The notes under the pieces were generated by a model. The model saw only the letters and a program-made list of their open reading frames with translations. It was not told the DNA's origin and ran no database searches. A DNA stretch of 64,000 bases from contig NIVC01000109.1 of the NCBI GenBank assembly GCA_002269645.1, positions 793,670 to 857,669 of the forward strand, read 5' to 3'. A program made the translations under genes and the position numbers. This stretch comes from Macrostomum lignano (taxonomy: Eukaryota). Positions 44,322-60,685 of the stretch are shown in pieces. Position 1 is the stretch's first letter; every line of letters begins with the position of its first letter.

Positions 44322-45136
44322 CCCTTTTATTCATCCATGGTCTAAATACGAGGTAGTGAACAAAAATGTCTATGACCTAAACATCAGGCGCAGGCCACAG
44401 CCGACTCCCCTTGGACCCTGGATGTGCTCAAATTCTGTATAGAGTTTTTCTTACACGGCGTACCAACTAGCAAGCGTCAGAATGCCTCTCACTGTTGAAA
44501 AAAATTGCCATACTGCGTCTGCTCAACGCAACAAAAACACTGCTCATGCCCTGGGACCGGACCTCATGCTGTATCAGCTGGCAGAATGTCTATAGTCTAT
44601 GGTCCGGTCCTCCAGCGAGACTACAGACTGGGCGGGGTGCTTCTCTAGAGAAAAAATGTAGCCTACAAAGGGGCTGTAGAAACCGAGCGAGAGGATTTAC
44701 CATAGACAGTCACTGCAGGCGTGAAAAGCATTTCGTTCCCGTTGTCTTTGCACTGAATTAATAACCTTCTGTCCATAAGAGTTATATGAAATAGGCTTGG
44801 CCCTGTAGTGCCTTTTAAACAAACATAGGTTGATTACAACGCTGAAACGAGGGTTTCGCTTGCAGTTAAGCAGATCAATAAGCAAACAAGCAGCCTCAAA
44901 GTGAAATCCAGAAAATCTGCAGCTTGCGAAGGATTTTTGTTTTTTAATTTTCGAGCGCGTCTTCCACGATCTGCTAAAAGTGAGTTTATGTTATTTGTTA
45001 TTATATTTAAACATTACTATGGCCTTTTTTTATCATTAAATTTGAACTTGCGCTCTTCGAGTGCGTAGGTTGTTGCTAAAATGATATATGCATCTGTTTC
45101 GCCATTTATATTCGAACTGTTATAAAAAATGAAAAA

Positions 45137-45343
45137 GTAGGAGACAATAAAGGACAATACAAATAAGAAGCAACTAGACTTAACAGTGTAGGAGACAATA
45201 AAGGACAATACAAATAAGAAACAACTAGACTTGAACAGTGTAGGAGACAATAAAGGACAATACAAATAAGAAACAACTAGACTTGAACAGTGTAGGAGAC
45301 AATAAAGGACAATACAAATAAGAAACAACTAGACTTGAACAGT
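45137..45343. repeat. 52-bp tandem repeat x~4
   Basis: agtgtaggagacaataaaggacaatacaaataagaaacaactagacttgaac. Confidence 0.92.
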
Positions 45344-45400
45344 CTATTAGAAACAGATTTTAGTCCACAGAGTATACAGAGTTTCGTTGGGTCGCATCAC

Positions 45401-48400
45401 TTAAGCCAAAATATCCTCGGCATCCAGGCAACGCTGCACGTACGTCTGGCCGTGGTTCACCCATTGCAGACACTTGAACGGTGTAATGTCCTGCGCTGCA
45501 ATGCGCACCAAGCGCTGCAGCAGCCGGAGTCGATGTTGCTGCAGTGAGATACCCGCTGCTTGTGCAGCGGTCTGATCGCCGGCCTCCCGCTGCACCGCAG
45601 GCGACGAGAGAGCGCGCTTCAGCGCTGCCTTCAGGCATGAGCCTGCCTGCTCAGCGGCATTCAGGAATGGTGAATACGGGGGCAGAAACCGGCACTCATG
45701 ACCTTCACCCAATCCTGGCACGTTCAGGTGCGCACGAGCGCCATCAACCATGAGCACGAATTCCTCCTCCTCTAACAGGACGTCCAACTCGGTTAGAAAG
45801 TCTGCGAAATGGGCGTTGGTGAAGCCTCCCTGTATAGTGGTCAGGTGAATCAGGCCGTACACAGGCGAGATGACAAGGCAGATGGTTAGGTTCTGCCCTC
45901 GCTGGCCATTCAAAACCGAGACGGCACGCTGGCCTCGTGGAGCCCAGCCCTGACTGCGCAGTGTCCACAGATTGACACCGAACTCGTCAAGCCAGATCGT
46001 GTGGCGATGGACGCCTTCGGCCAGCATCCACTCAGCATGCATGCGGCGGGCCTCCTTGGTCACGGGAGTGTTCCAATCCACTGGATTCCCTCTCATGAGC
46101 TTGAGAGTGATGAGTCTTCCATCCAGTGCACGGCTGATGGCAGACAGTGACACATTCACTAGATTGGGGAATCCCTGCAGGATGTGGTTCCTCATCTGCG
46201 CCTGTGTTGCGCCAGGTTGTGTCTCCAGGAATTCGGTGATCGCATTCACCATCTCATCTGTCAAGCGACGCCTCTTTGCTCCGCCTTTTGGAAGAGGGTC
46301 CGCTCTGACCTGGTCAGCCTGGTCACCTGGTCCAGTCTCCATCAACACCTGCGAAGAAGCAGACGAATTTGCGGCCGCACTTACGGACTCACTCACTGCT
46401 GCCTTCGAAGCCTCATGCCCACTAAAGGCATACAAAGGCAAACAGTCGGCCCCATGGTGGAACCCGCAGCTTGGCGACCTCCATCGCAGAGCCAAAAGGC
46501 TTCACCGCAGGGCCCAAAAAACTAAAAACCCGGCCGACCAAACCGCCTACCTGAACTCTATTCACGAGTTCAAGAGGCAGGTTAGGAACGCCAAAACCAA
46601 CAAGTGGCGCGAATACTGTGAGGAACTTGAGGGCTCCCGCCCCACCTCCAGAATCGTTAAAGCCCTCACCCTGGACAAAATGTCCAAACTCTCCTCAGTC
46701 AAGAGAGCCGACGGCTCGCTCACTGAGAACCCAGGAGAAACACTGGAAGCGATGCTAACAGCGTTTTTCCCGAACGAGCCAGCCAGGCCGGACCCCCTGA
46801 TCACTCAGTGGGCGGACACGTACTGGCTGACTCAATCATCACGGAGGACCGCGTTACTAAAGCTGTCTCCTCCTTCAAACCCTTCAAATCCCCAGGACCG
46901 GACGGCGTTGTGCCAGCCTTCCTGCGGGAGGCGGTGAAATGCACCGGTTTCCTGCGGAACCTTTGCCGGCTTCTGAAAGCTTGCATTGTTCTCGGCTTTG
47001 TTCCGAAACCCTGGACCGAGGCCAAGGTGGTCTTTATCCCCAAGCCTGGCCGACCGGACTACCGGTCCATTAAATCCTTCAGACCAATTAGCCTCACCTC
47101 CTCATTGGTGAAGCTGTTAGAGAGACTGGTGCTCTGGCGCCTCCTCTCTGTGGAACTGAAGAACAAGCCGCTCAGTGAGAACCAGCATGCCTTTCGGGCA
47201 GGCAGGTCCACGGAGAGCGCGCTTCACGTTCTGGTTGACATGCTGGAGAAAGCCGTTCTTGGTAATGGCTACGCTCTCGCTGTCTTCCTCGACATTGTTG
47301 GAGCCTTTGATAATGTCCTCTTTGAGGCTTTTGACAGAGCTCTACGTGCTAGAGGAACCCACTCGCACCTCACCCGGTGGATCATGTATATGATCAGCCA
47401 CCGTACTGCCACCGCACACCTGTTGGGCCACCAACGGACGGTAACCGTCTGCAAAGGCAGCCCCAGGGCGGTGTCCTCTCTCCAGTTCTCTGGAACATGG
47501 TCATCGATGAGCTCCTCCAGGACAGCCATCTTGACCCCATCCTCAAGGTCGGTTACGCCGATGATGTCACAGCCGTGGCATCCGGACCGTCACCTGAAAC
47601 CCTTAGAGATCTTTTGCAAAACTTCATTCGCTCTGCTGAACGTTGGGCGGACAGGTGCGGCCTCAGGCTCTCCGAGACCAAAACTGTCGCGATCATGTTC
47701 ACCAGCAGGGTAAACTGGCGTATTCGCCCACTAAAGCTTTACGGGGTGGAAATTCCATCCTGCAAGCAAACCAAGTGTCTCGGCGTTACGCTGGACCACC
47801 GGCTGAGCTGGTCCACCCACGTCCAGGCCAAAACCAAAAAAGCCCTCGCGATTCTTGCGCAGCTGCGCAGAGCCGTCGGCACCACCTGGGGCCTCACCCC
47901 AAAGCGGCTCTGGTGGATCTATACCGCAATGGTCCGACCGGCCGTTACTTACGCCGGCCTGGTCTGGACCAGCGCCTTGCAGATTAAAACCTGCCACGAA
48001 GCCCTCAAAAAGGTGCAGGGACGTGCGTGCCGCATGATCCTGAATGCCCCGCTCTCTGCTCCCTTTGACGGCCTCAACGCCTTTCTTTGCCTCCCGCCTC
48101 TGGACATCTTTGTCCGTCGCGAGGCTGCTAAAACCACCCGCCGGCTCATCGAGGCTGGCGTTAGCTTCAAGACCAAAGAGCGATGGCGAAGCGCAAGCTC
48201 CTGCCGCACTCTGACCTGTGCCTTAAAGTTCTGGAGGAGAGTAGGAGTGCGGCTGTCCTTTCGGACGCTGAACCGCGCTCCCTCAATCTCTACCAACGCT
48301 TCAAGGTCACTATCCCCTCCAGGGAGAACGCCAACGACAGCTGGGCCCCTCAGGAGGTTCACTGCTTCACTGACGGATCCTCCAAAGACGGTTTATCCGG

Positions 48401-49520
48401 CTTTGGAGTCTGTATCCTTATCAACGGCCGCGTGATTGCTACTCACGCCCAACACACTGGCAGACTCTCCAGCGTCTTCCAGAATGAAGTCCTTGCCATC
48501 AGCTCCTGTGCAGCTGAGCTCCACTGCAAGGACTTCAAGGACAGAAGAATCTTCTTCCACTCTGACAGCCAGGCCGCTTTACAGGCCCTGTGTCACACCA
48601 CTACGAACTCACGAACAGTCCGCGGCTGTATCGGGCAGCTCAACAAGCTGGCTCGGAGGAACACCGTCCGGCTCACGTGGATCCCAGGACACGCCGGCTT
48701 CAAAGGTAACGAGCTCGCCGACTCCCTCGCTAAGGCGGGCTGTTCCGGCTCGCCCCTTGGCCCCGTGCCCCTGGCCCCCATCCCCGCCACAGTCATTAAT
48801 CGTCAGATTAACGACTGGGCGGACATCCTGCACTTGCGCAGATGGGATGGTATCTCCAACTGCCGCCAATCTCGTGCGGCAGTGCCCAATCCGTCCCTCA
48901 AGCTGCGGAGAATCCTTTTGAATCAAAATCGAAAAGATATCCGCGCTCTCACTATGACCTTCACAGGTCACGGTTGCTTTGCCAGGCACTGCTTCCTCCG
49001 ATGTGTTCGCCGGAGTGAACTCTGCCCTTTCTGCAACCTCGAGAACGAAGACGCCAAGCACTTCGTCTGCTACTGCCCGGCCTTCAACCGAGACCGGCTC
49101 AACCACCTCGGGCCCAACCCGTCCCTGGACGACGTTTGCCGGCCCGAGAACATCCCACGGCTCATCCGGTTCCTCCGGGCCACCAAGCGAGCCTCCGTCT
49201 TCCCCACCGAAGACAACGCTGCAGACAGGACCGGCAGACCTCCCTGACCGGCCCCGCGCCCTAGCCTATGCGGGTCTTTCAGGGATTAGCGGAATGGGCG
49301 ACGCTCGCCTCCCCGCTGCGTCTTCGGACCGCCCTGCAGCTAAGTCAAGTAAGTCAAGTAAGACCTGGTCAGCGTAGGCTTTGATAATGCTTGCCGCAGT
49401 TTGGCGCGCTAAGCCCAGCACACGAGCGAGCGCTCGCCAGTCTGCATTGGAGTCGTAAGCTGCGATCAGTCTCTGTCGATCAACTGTCGGGACGCGCGTG
49501 TATTGTCCTCTTGGAGGCAT
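45401..49520 (-). pseudogene. Tc1/IS630-like DDE transposase interrupted by a LINE
   Basis: Removing 46319-49373 restores MPPRGQYTRVPTVDRQRLIAAY...IIKAYADQV|RADPLPKGGAKRRRLTDEM...IWLDEFG...MVDGARAH...FLPPYSPFLNAAE...AEDILA*. TIRs not identified. Confidence 0.9.
46319..49361 (+). mobile_element. 5'-truncated non-LTR retrotransposon (RT + RNase H + C-terminal Cys/His; Loa/R1-like)
   Basis: KSPGPDG, FRPISLTS, QHAFRAGRST, LDIVGAFD, PQGGVLSP, GYADD; RNase H FTDGS/NEVLAI/SDSQAAL/WIPGH..GNELAD; CPFC...HFVC. (taagtcaag)-type tail, TSD gacctggtcagc at 46307-46318 and 49362-49373, three frameshifts. Confidence 0.95.
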
Positions 49521-50361
49521 TCTAGCCGGGAGCAGAAAGTAAAAACACCGAAACATACTTGCGGAGACGACTATAGGCCTGCTTTAGGAGACAAATTTTT
49601 CATCCCACCCTCACTGAACGCGATCGAGTGAGAAAGTGTCTATGGCAAAAACATTCGATCTGTGCCCACAGTGCCCATGTGATTGCGCTACCGAAATAGG
49701 ACGCAAAAAGGCCGAATTTGAACGCAAAAGTTGCCCAGTGTCTATGGCTCAGTTGTTTGGACTGCACACTATCGCTCGCGCCGAAATTGAACGCAAAAAC
49801 GACGAAATTGATTGCGAAAAGGTATATAACTGGATTGCCAGATTAAGCTCGATTTTTTTGGTCCTAGCAATAGATAATAAAAACACTAGATGGGTCACTC
49901 GCCTATTTCATGAATAAGCTACTTTCAATTGGGCGTCTGTATAGAGTTTTTTGGATATATTTGTGCACCAATTAAAATTTTAATATTATATTTAGACTTT
50001 GATGTAGACAAAAAAGTTATGATTGAAGTTTATTTACACTGACGAAAAATGAAAAAATTTAACAAAAATGTGGGCTTGGTTTAAACTTGTTATAATAGAG
50101 GCATGCGCATTGCACTTACATGTTTATATATTTTGATGCACAGGGTCGTATCAACTTATCATGTATACATATAAGGCCGAATATCATGGGTCACTCGCCA
50201 ATTTCATGAATAAGTACTTTATATAGTAATATAGTATATATTACTATATATTATATATTATATTATATATTATATTATTATAATAATTTATTTATTATAT
50301 TATTATTATATTATATTATTATATTATATTATTATATTATATTACTATAACTAGTATATAA

Positions 50362-52217
50362 TCTCTACATATAAAAATCAAAACTCTGTGTGTGTGTGTG
50401 TCTGTCTGTGTGTGGACAATTTTGATCGCTATGGACTCCCAAACCACTCAACCAAATGACACCAAACTTTACACCCACCCTAAACTTACTACAGAGAATG
50501 TCTTAGGCTACCTTTTAATTTCCTAGACTCAAGTCTTCCTACCTAAAAGTACAAAAAACTGCTCAAAATGCGCGATTTTTTCACTAAATCCTCTATAGCG
50601 CCGCTCCACTTCTACCGATTCTCTTCAAATTTGACACAGGCAATTTTCAACTATTTTGACACAATCGTGTAAAATTTCAAATCTTAAAGTTAATCCTGAA
50701 AGCCGCTGTGCACTTTTAAAGTTAGGCTGTTTTTTTCAGCGAGGCAGCCACCCCAACCTCCGCCCGCCTGCCTCTCTTTCTTGATCTGGGCAAAGGGTGT
50801 GAATAGGTTTTAAAATGCCTAACTTTCGGCTGTCATAGTTTTGCTCCACGTGAAGCGATTGACTTCAAATTTGACACAATTCTTTATTGACTCATTCTCT
50901 GCCTACATGTAAAGTCTCAACTCTGTATCTCAATTAGGACAGAAACTGTAAGCATGTGAAGTTTGTCTGCTTTTTCTGTTGTTTGTGCCGCTCACTCACT
51001 CATTCCCCCAGGCAGCTCAGACAAAGGGTCAGGCAATAGGGCTCAATGTACATAGCGAGTGTACAGTGTTTTGGAATAACTTTTTAAAAGCCTTCTCTGC
51101 ACCCTGAGAGTGGAGAGGCTACGTTTAGCCACAACAGTTTAGTGAGAAATTCTAACCACTGCCTTCACCTCTCTCTGTATTGGCAAACTCTGCAGCAGTT
51201 TAACAGTGGATGGCAATTGGCAAATCAAGGCAATCTGGCATGGTGCAATTGCAAGGCGCTGCGATGCAATGCAATACAACCCTACTAAATTAGGCACACC
51301 ATGGAAATTTTAGGTTTCTTTTATTTAAAGGTACTGTGTAAATTTTAAATGGCCTCCTAAGAAATGTGTATTTCCTTGGTTGTTAGACTGATGCAGACTG
51401 CAGTGGAGCTGAAGATACACAAATTCCTTTCAGTTCAGGGCTGCAAATTGGCAAGAAAGATGACATGATCAAAGCATGAGAACAACCATGAGAGTACTAC
51501 ATCCCACAAACTGGCTTTCCAAGCAGGGATGGGCAGACTTTTACCTCAAAAGGCCAGATAAAGAATCCAGCTCATGGCTGAGGGGCAGATGAGAGTGGAA
51601 AGAAGAAGGAATAGACTATTTGAAGAGAGGAGAAGCAAAAGAGGGGATAAAAGAAAAGATAAAAGATAATAGGAGAGATGAGGGGGTGAGGACGATGAGA
51701 AAGAGGGGGAAAAGAGGGGAGAGAGGAAAGGCGAGAGGAGAGAGTAGAGATGAGAGAGCAGAGAGCTGCAGATGAGATGAGAGAGCAGAGAGGAGAGCAG
51801 AGAGTAAAGGGAAGAGAGAAGAGATAAAGATACATCTCTACATCTCTTAGGTTGTAGAGATGAGAGAGGTGGAAGGAGAGATGAGAAATGAGAGATGAGA
51901 GATAAAGGAGAGAGGAGAGTCGAGAGAGAGAAGAGAGGGAGTGAGAGTATAGAAAAGGGAAGAGAAGAGAAAAGAAGAAAGGAGAAAGGAAAATGAGGGG
52001 TCAAAAGAGGGGAAAGAAAAGAGTACAGACGAGAAGAGGGGGTGAGAGAGCAGAGACGAGAGTGAACAGATGAAAGATGGGAGAGTAGCGAGAACAGAGG
52101 AGAGATAAGAGAGAAGAGATTACAGAGACGAGAGGAGAGAGGAGAGGGGAGAGAGTAGAGAGGAGGAGAGAGGGAGAGGAAAGAGGAGAATGGAGAGGGG
52201 AGAGAGGAGGAGAGATA

Positions 52218-52276
<59 letters not shown>

Positions 52277-52991
52277 AGAGGAGAGAGTTAAGAGAAAAGA
52301 GAAAAGAATAGAGAGGAGAAGGAAGAGACGAGAGAAGAGGGGGAGAGAGGGGAGAGGAGAGAGAAAACAAGAGGGAAGAAATGAGATAAGAGATATGAAA
52401 GAGAAGAGAGATGAGGGAAGATACAAGAAAAGATGGGAGAGAGGAGAGAAGAGAGGAGAGAGAAAACGAAAGAGTAGAGAGGAGAGAGGAGAGGAGAGAG
52501 AAAACGAAAGAGTAGAGAGGAGAGAGGAGAGGAGAGAGAAAACGAAAAAGTAGAGAGGAGAGAGGAGAGGAGAGAGAAAAGAAGAGACAAGAAATAAGAT
52601 AAGAGAGATGAGGGAAGATACAAGAGAAGAGGGGAAAGATGAAAGAGGAGAGACGAGGGACGAGAGAGAAGAGAGGGAACAAAAGAGACGAAAGAAATTT
52701 TAAAAGATCCAAGGGACGCAGGGAGAGTCAGGGAGAGACCAGAGTTTGCCAATACATGTTTTAGAGTCAGACAGACATTGCCTGACATTCTTTGGAGTAC
52801 CCCAGCCAACAATATCAATGTTTGCCTCAAACCCATATTTTACACGAATGTGCTCCATTTTATGTCTACCTATCCTACGAACTATTAACAAGTTTTTGTT
52901 TGTTTATGGCCTTTGATTTCAGAATACATGCAAAAGTAGTTCCAGGGATTGGAATTCCCCGGGTTCAAAATCCGCGGGTTTCAACAGCTTG
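50362..52991 (+). mobile_element. Non-autonomous Helitron copy 1
   Basis: A|TCTCTACATATAAAAATC 5' end, (TG)n/TCTG tract, GA-rich interior, GC-rich hairpin ccccgggttcaaaatccgcggg then CTTG 3' end. Confidence 0.85.
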
Positions 52992-57365
<4,374 letters not shown>

Positions 57366-60300
57366 TCTCTAACTATAAAAATCAAAACTCTGTCTGAGTG
57401 TCTGTCTGTCTGTCTGTCTGTCTGTGTGTCTGTGGACAATTTTGATCGCTATGGACTCCCAAACCGCTCAACCAAATTACACCAAACTTTACACCCACCC
57501 TAAACTTACTACGGAGAATGTCTTAGGCTACCTTTTAATTTCCTAAATTTGAGTCTTCCTACCTAAAAGTGCAAAAAACTGCTCAAAATGCGCAATTTTT
57601 TCACTAAATCCTCCATAGCGCCGCTCCACTTCTACCGATTCTCTTCAAATTTGACACAGACAATTTTCAACTATTTTGGCACAATCATGTAAAATTTCGA
57701 GTCTGAAAGTTAATCCTGAACGGCGGTGTGCACTTTTAAAGTTTGGCTGTTTTTTTCAGCGTAGCAACCACCCCAACCTCCGCCCGCCTGCCTCTCTTTC
57801 CCGATACCGATCTGGGCCCAGATGTGTAAAAGGGTTTCAAAATTGACTAACTTTCGGCTGCCATAAGTTTGCTCCACGTGAAGCGATTGACTTCTAACTT
57901 GACACAATTCTTCTTTGATTCATTCTCTGTCTAAATGTAAAGTTTCAACTCTCTAACTCAATCAGAACAGAAACTGTAAGCATGTGAAGTTTGTCTGCTT
58001 TTTCTGTTGTTTGTGCCGCTCACTCACTCATTCCCCCAGCCCAGACGAAGGGTCAGGCGATAGGGCTCAATCTACATAGCGAATGTACTGTGTTTTGGAA
58101 TAACTTTTTAATAGCCTTCTCTGTACCCCGCGCGTGGAGAGAGGCGTGGAGAGGAGAGAGTTTAGCGAGATTGAATTTCAAACCACTGTCCTCTGAATAG
58201 ACAAGTCTGCAGCAGTTAAACAAGGATGGCAAATCAAGGCGATGTGGGATGGTTTGTAAAAATATCGAAAAATTAATGAATAACTGATTACAATGCAATC
58301 CTACTAAATTAGTTACACCATGAAAATTTTAACATTAAGATTCGCATAAGGTATTTTAAAATTTAAATGGCTTCCTAAGAAATGCGTATTTCCATGGTTG
58401 TTAGACTGCTGCAGACTGTGGTGGTGGGAGTACGAGATCTGCTAGCCGAAGTTTGCTAGCGAGAAATTTGCTTGCCGAAATCTGCTAGCCGAAGTTTGCT
58501 AGCCGAAATGTGCTAGCCGAAATGTGCTAGCCGAAGTTTGCTAGCCAAAATGTGCTAGCCGAAATCTGCTAGCCGAAGTTTGCCAGCCAAAATCTGCGAG
58601 CCGAAATCTGCTAGACGAAATCTGCTATCCGTGGTGGTGGAGCTGGAGATATACAAATTTCTCTCAGGGCTGCTAATTGACCAGAAAGATGACGTGATTA
58701 AAGCATGAGAAATGATAACAACCATGATATACTACGTCCCACAAACTGGCTTTCGAAGCAGGGATCGGCAGATCGGCTGATACGGGCCAGATGAGAGTGA
58801 AAAGGAAAAGGAATAGACTATTAGAAAGGGAGGAGGGGCGAGAGAGGATAAGAGAATAGATAGAAGATATCAGGAGAGACGAGGGGGTCGAGGGCAGAGC
58901 AGAGAATATGGGAGTCGGGAGGAAGAAGCGAGAGGAGGGAAGAGAGAAGGGAGATGGAATTAGAGGTGAGAAGATGGAGAGAGAAGAGGGGAGAGATGAG
59001 ACAGAGGATCAATGAGAGAGGAGAGTAGAGAAGAGTGAGAAGAGATGAGAGATGAGAGAACAGAGAGGCAGATGAGAGAGGATCGAGAGGAGAGATTAGA
59101 AAGGATAGAGAAGAGAGGAGATAAGAGGGGGATAGAGGGGAGAGAGATGAGTGAGAAGAGGAGATAAGAGATGAGAGAGGGAAGAGTGAGAAGATGAGAT
59201 AATATATAAGATATAAGAGATAAGAGAGAGAGAGAGTTGAGAAAGAAGAGAGGAGAAAGGAGAGATGATAGAGTAAAGGAAAAGGAGGAGAGAGGAAAGA
59301 GATGAGATCGTGGAGATGAGAGAGATGAAAAAAAGATGATCGTGAGAGTAGATATGAGAGATGAAGGAAGAGAGAGCAGAGTGCAGAGAGACGAGAGAAG
59401 AGAATAGAGGGGAGAGAGTATAGAAGAGGGAAGAGAAGAGAGGAGTAAGGAAAGAGGGGTGTCAGAAGAGGGGAAAGAGAAGAGTACACAGTAGAGATGA
59501 GAGTAGAGATGACAGAAGAGAGAGGGGAATGAGAGAGCGAAGATGAGAGTGAACAGACGATATAAGAAAGGAGAGAGGAGAGTGAGAAAGAAGAGAGAAG
59601 ACAAGAGAGGGAGAGAGTATAGAAGAGAGAAGTGAAGAGACAAGAAGAAAGAATTGAAAGGATCGAGTCCTTCTGAGTCAAAAAGGGGGAAAGAGAGGAG
59701 TACAAGTGGAGAGAGGTGAGAGAACATATGAGAGTAAAGATGACATAACAGAGAGGGGAGATGAGAGATCAGAACAGACGAGAGATGGAAGAGTAGAGAG
59801 AAAAGAAGAGAGATAAGAAATAAGAGATAAGAGGTGCAGACAAGGGAGAGATGAGAAGTGAGTGAGGAGAGAGGAGGGGAAGGGAGAGAATCGAGAGGAC
59901 AGGGGAAATTGGTGAAAAGGACGAGAGAGGAGAGGAAAGAAGGGAGAGATTAGAGAGAAGAGAGATAGGACAGGAGATAGCAGAGAGATGAGAGGAGAGA
60001 GTGGACAGAGGAAAGGAAAGAGTTGAGAGAAGAGAGGAAAAAGGAGAGAGTAGAGATAAGGAAAGTGTTGAGAGAGGGTAGAGTAAGGAGTGAGAAGAGA
60101 GGTGAGGGAAGAGAGAGCAGAGAGCAGAGTGAAGAGAGAGTAGAGAGCAGAGAGAAATGAGAAAAGATAAAACAGGAGAAAGGAGATATGAGAGACCAGA
60201 GATCAGAGCGAAGAGAGGAGAAGAGAGAGAAAAGAATAGAGGGAAGAGGGAAGAGACGAGAGAGGAGACGAGAGAGAAGAGAAGAAAGAAGAGATAAGAG

Positions 60301-60630
60301 GGGAGAGAGAGAGAAGAGACGAGAGAGAAGATAGGAAACAGAAAAGAAGATGGAAGTTTCAAAGGATGCAAAGGACATAGGGAAAGGCAGAGGTACGTAG
60401 AGGCCAGAGTTTGCCTGACATTCTGCGCAGCACCCCAGCCAACAATATCAATGTTTGCCTCAAATCCTAATTTTACATGAATGTGTACTATTTTATGTTT
60501 AACTCTATCCTAACTATTAACAAGGGAACAAGTTTTTGTGTGAGTTTTACCTCAGATTTTAGAATACATACAAAAATAATTCCAGGAATGGAGTTCCCCG
60601 GGTTCAAAATCCGCGGGTTTCAACAGCTTG
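57366..60630 (+). mobile_element. Non-autonomous Helitron copy 3
   Basis: Starts TCTCTAACTATAAAAATC after CTTG; ends hairpin + CTTG|T. Confidence 0.85.
58427..58630. mobile_element. Small MULE-like insertion in Helitron copy 3
   Basis: Absent from copy 2 (gtggtggtggagctgg uninterrupted). Flanked by gtggtggtg(g) 9-10-bp duplication, GG...CC ends, internal 14-bp gctagccgaaatct repeats. Confidence 0.7.
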
Positions 60631-60685
60631 TTATATATAAGCTACTTTATATACATGTATCATGTATCTAGTGTTTTAGTATCTG

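Noticed and set aside
45340-49900. TIRs for the Tc1/IS630-like element
   Set aside because: No convincing inverted match between 45340-45400 and 49520-49900 by eye; boundaries left undefined
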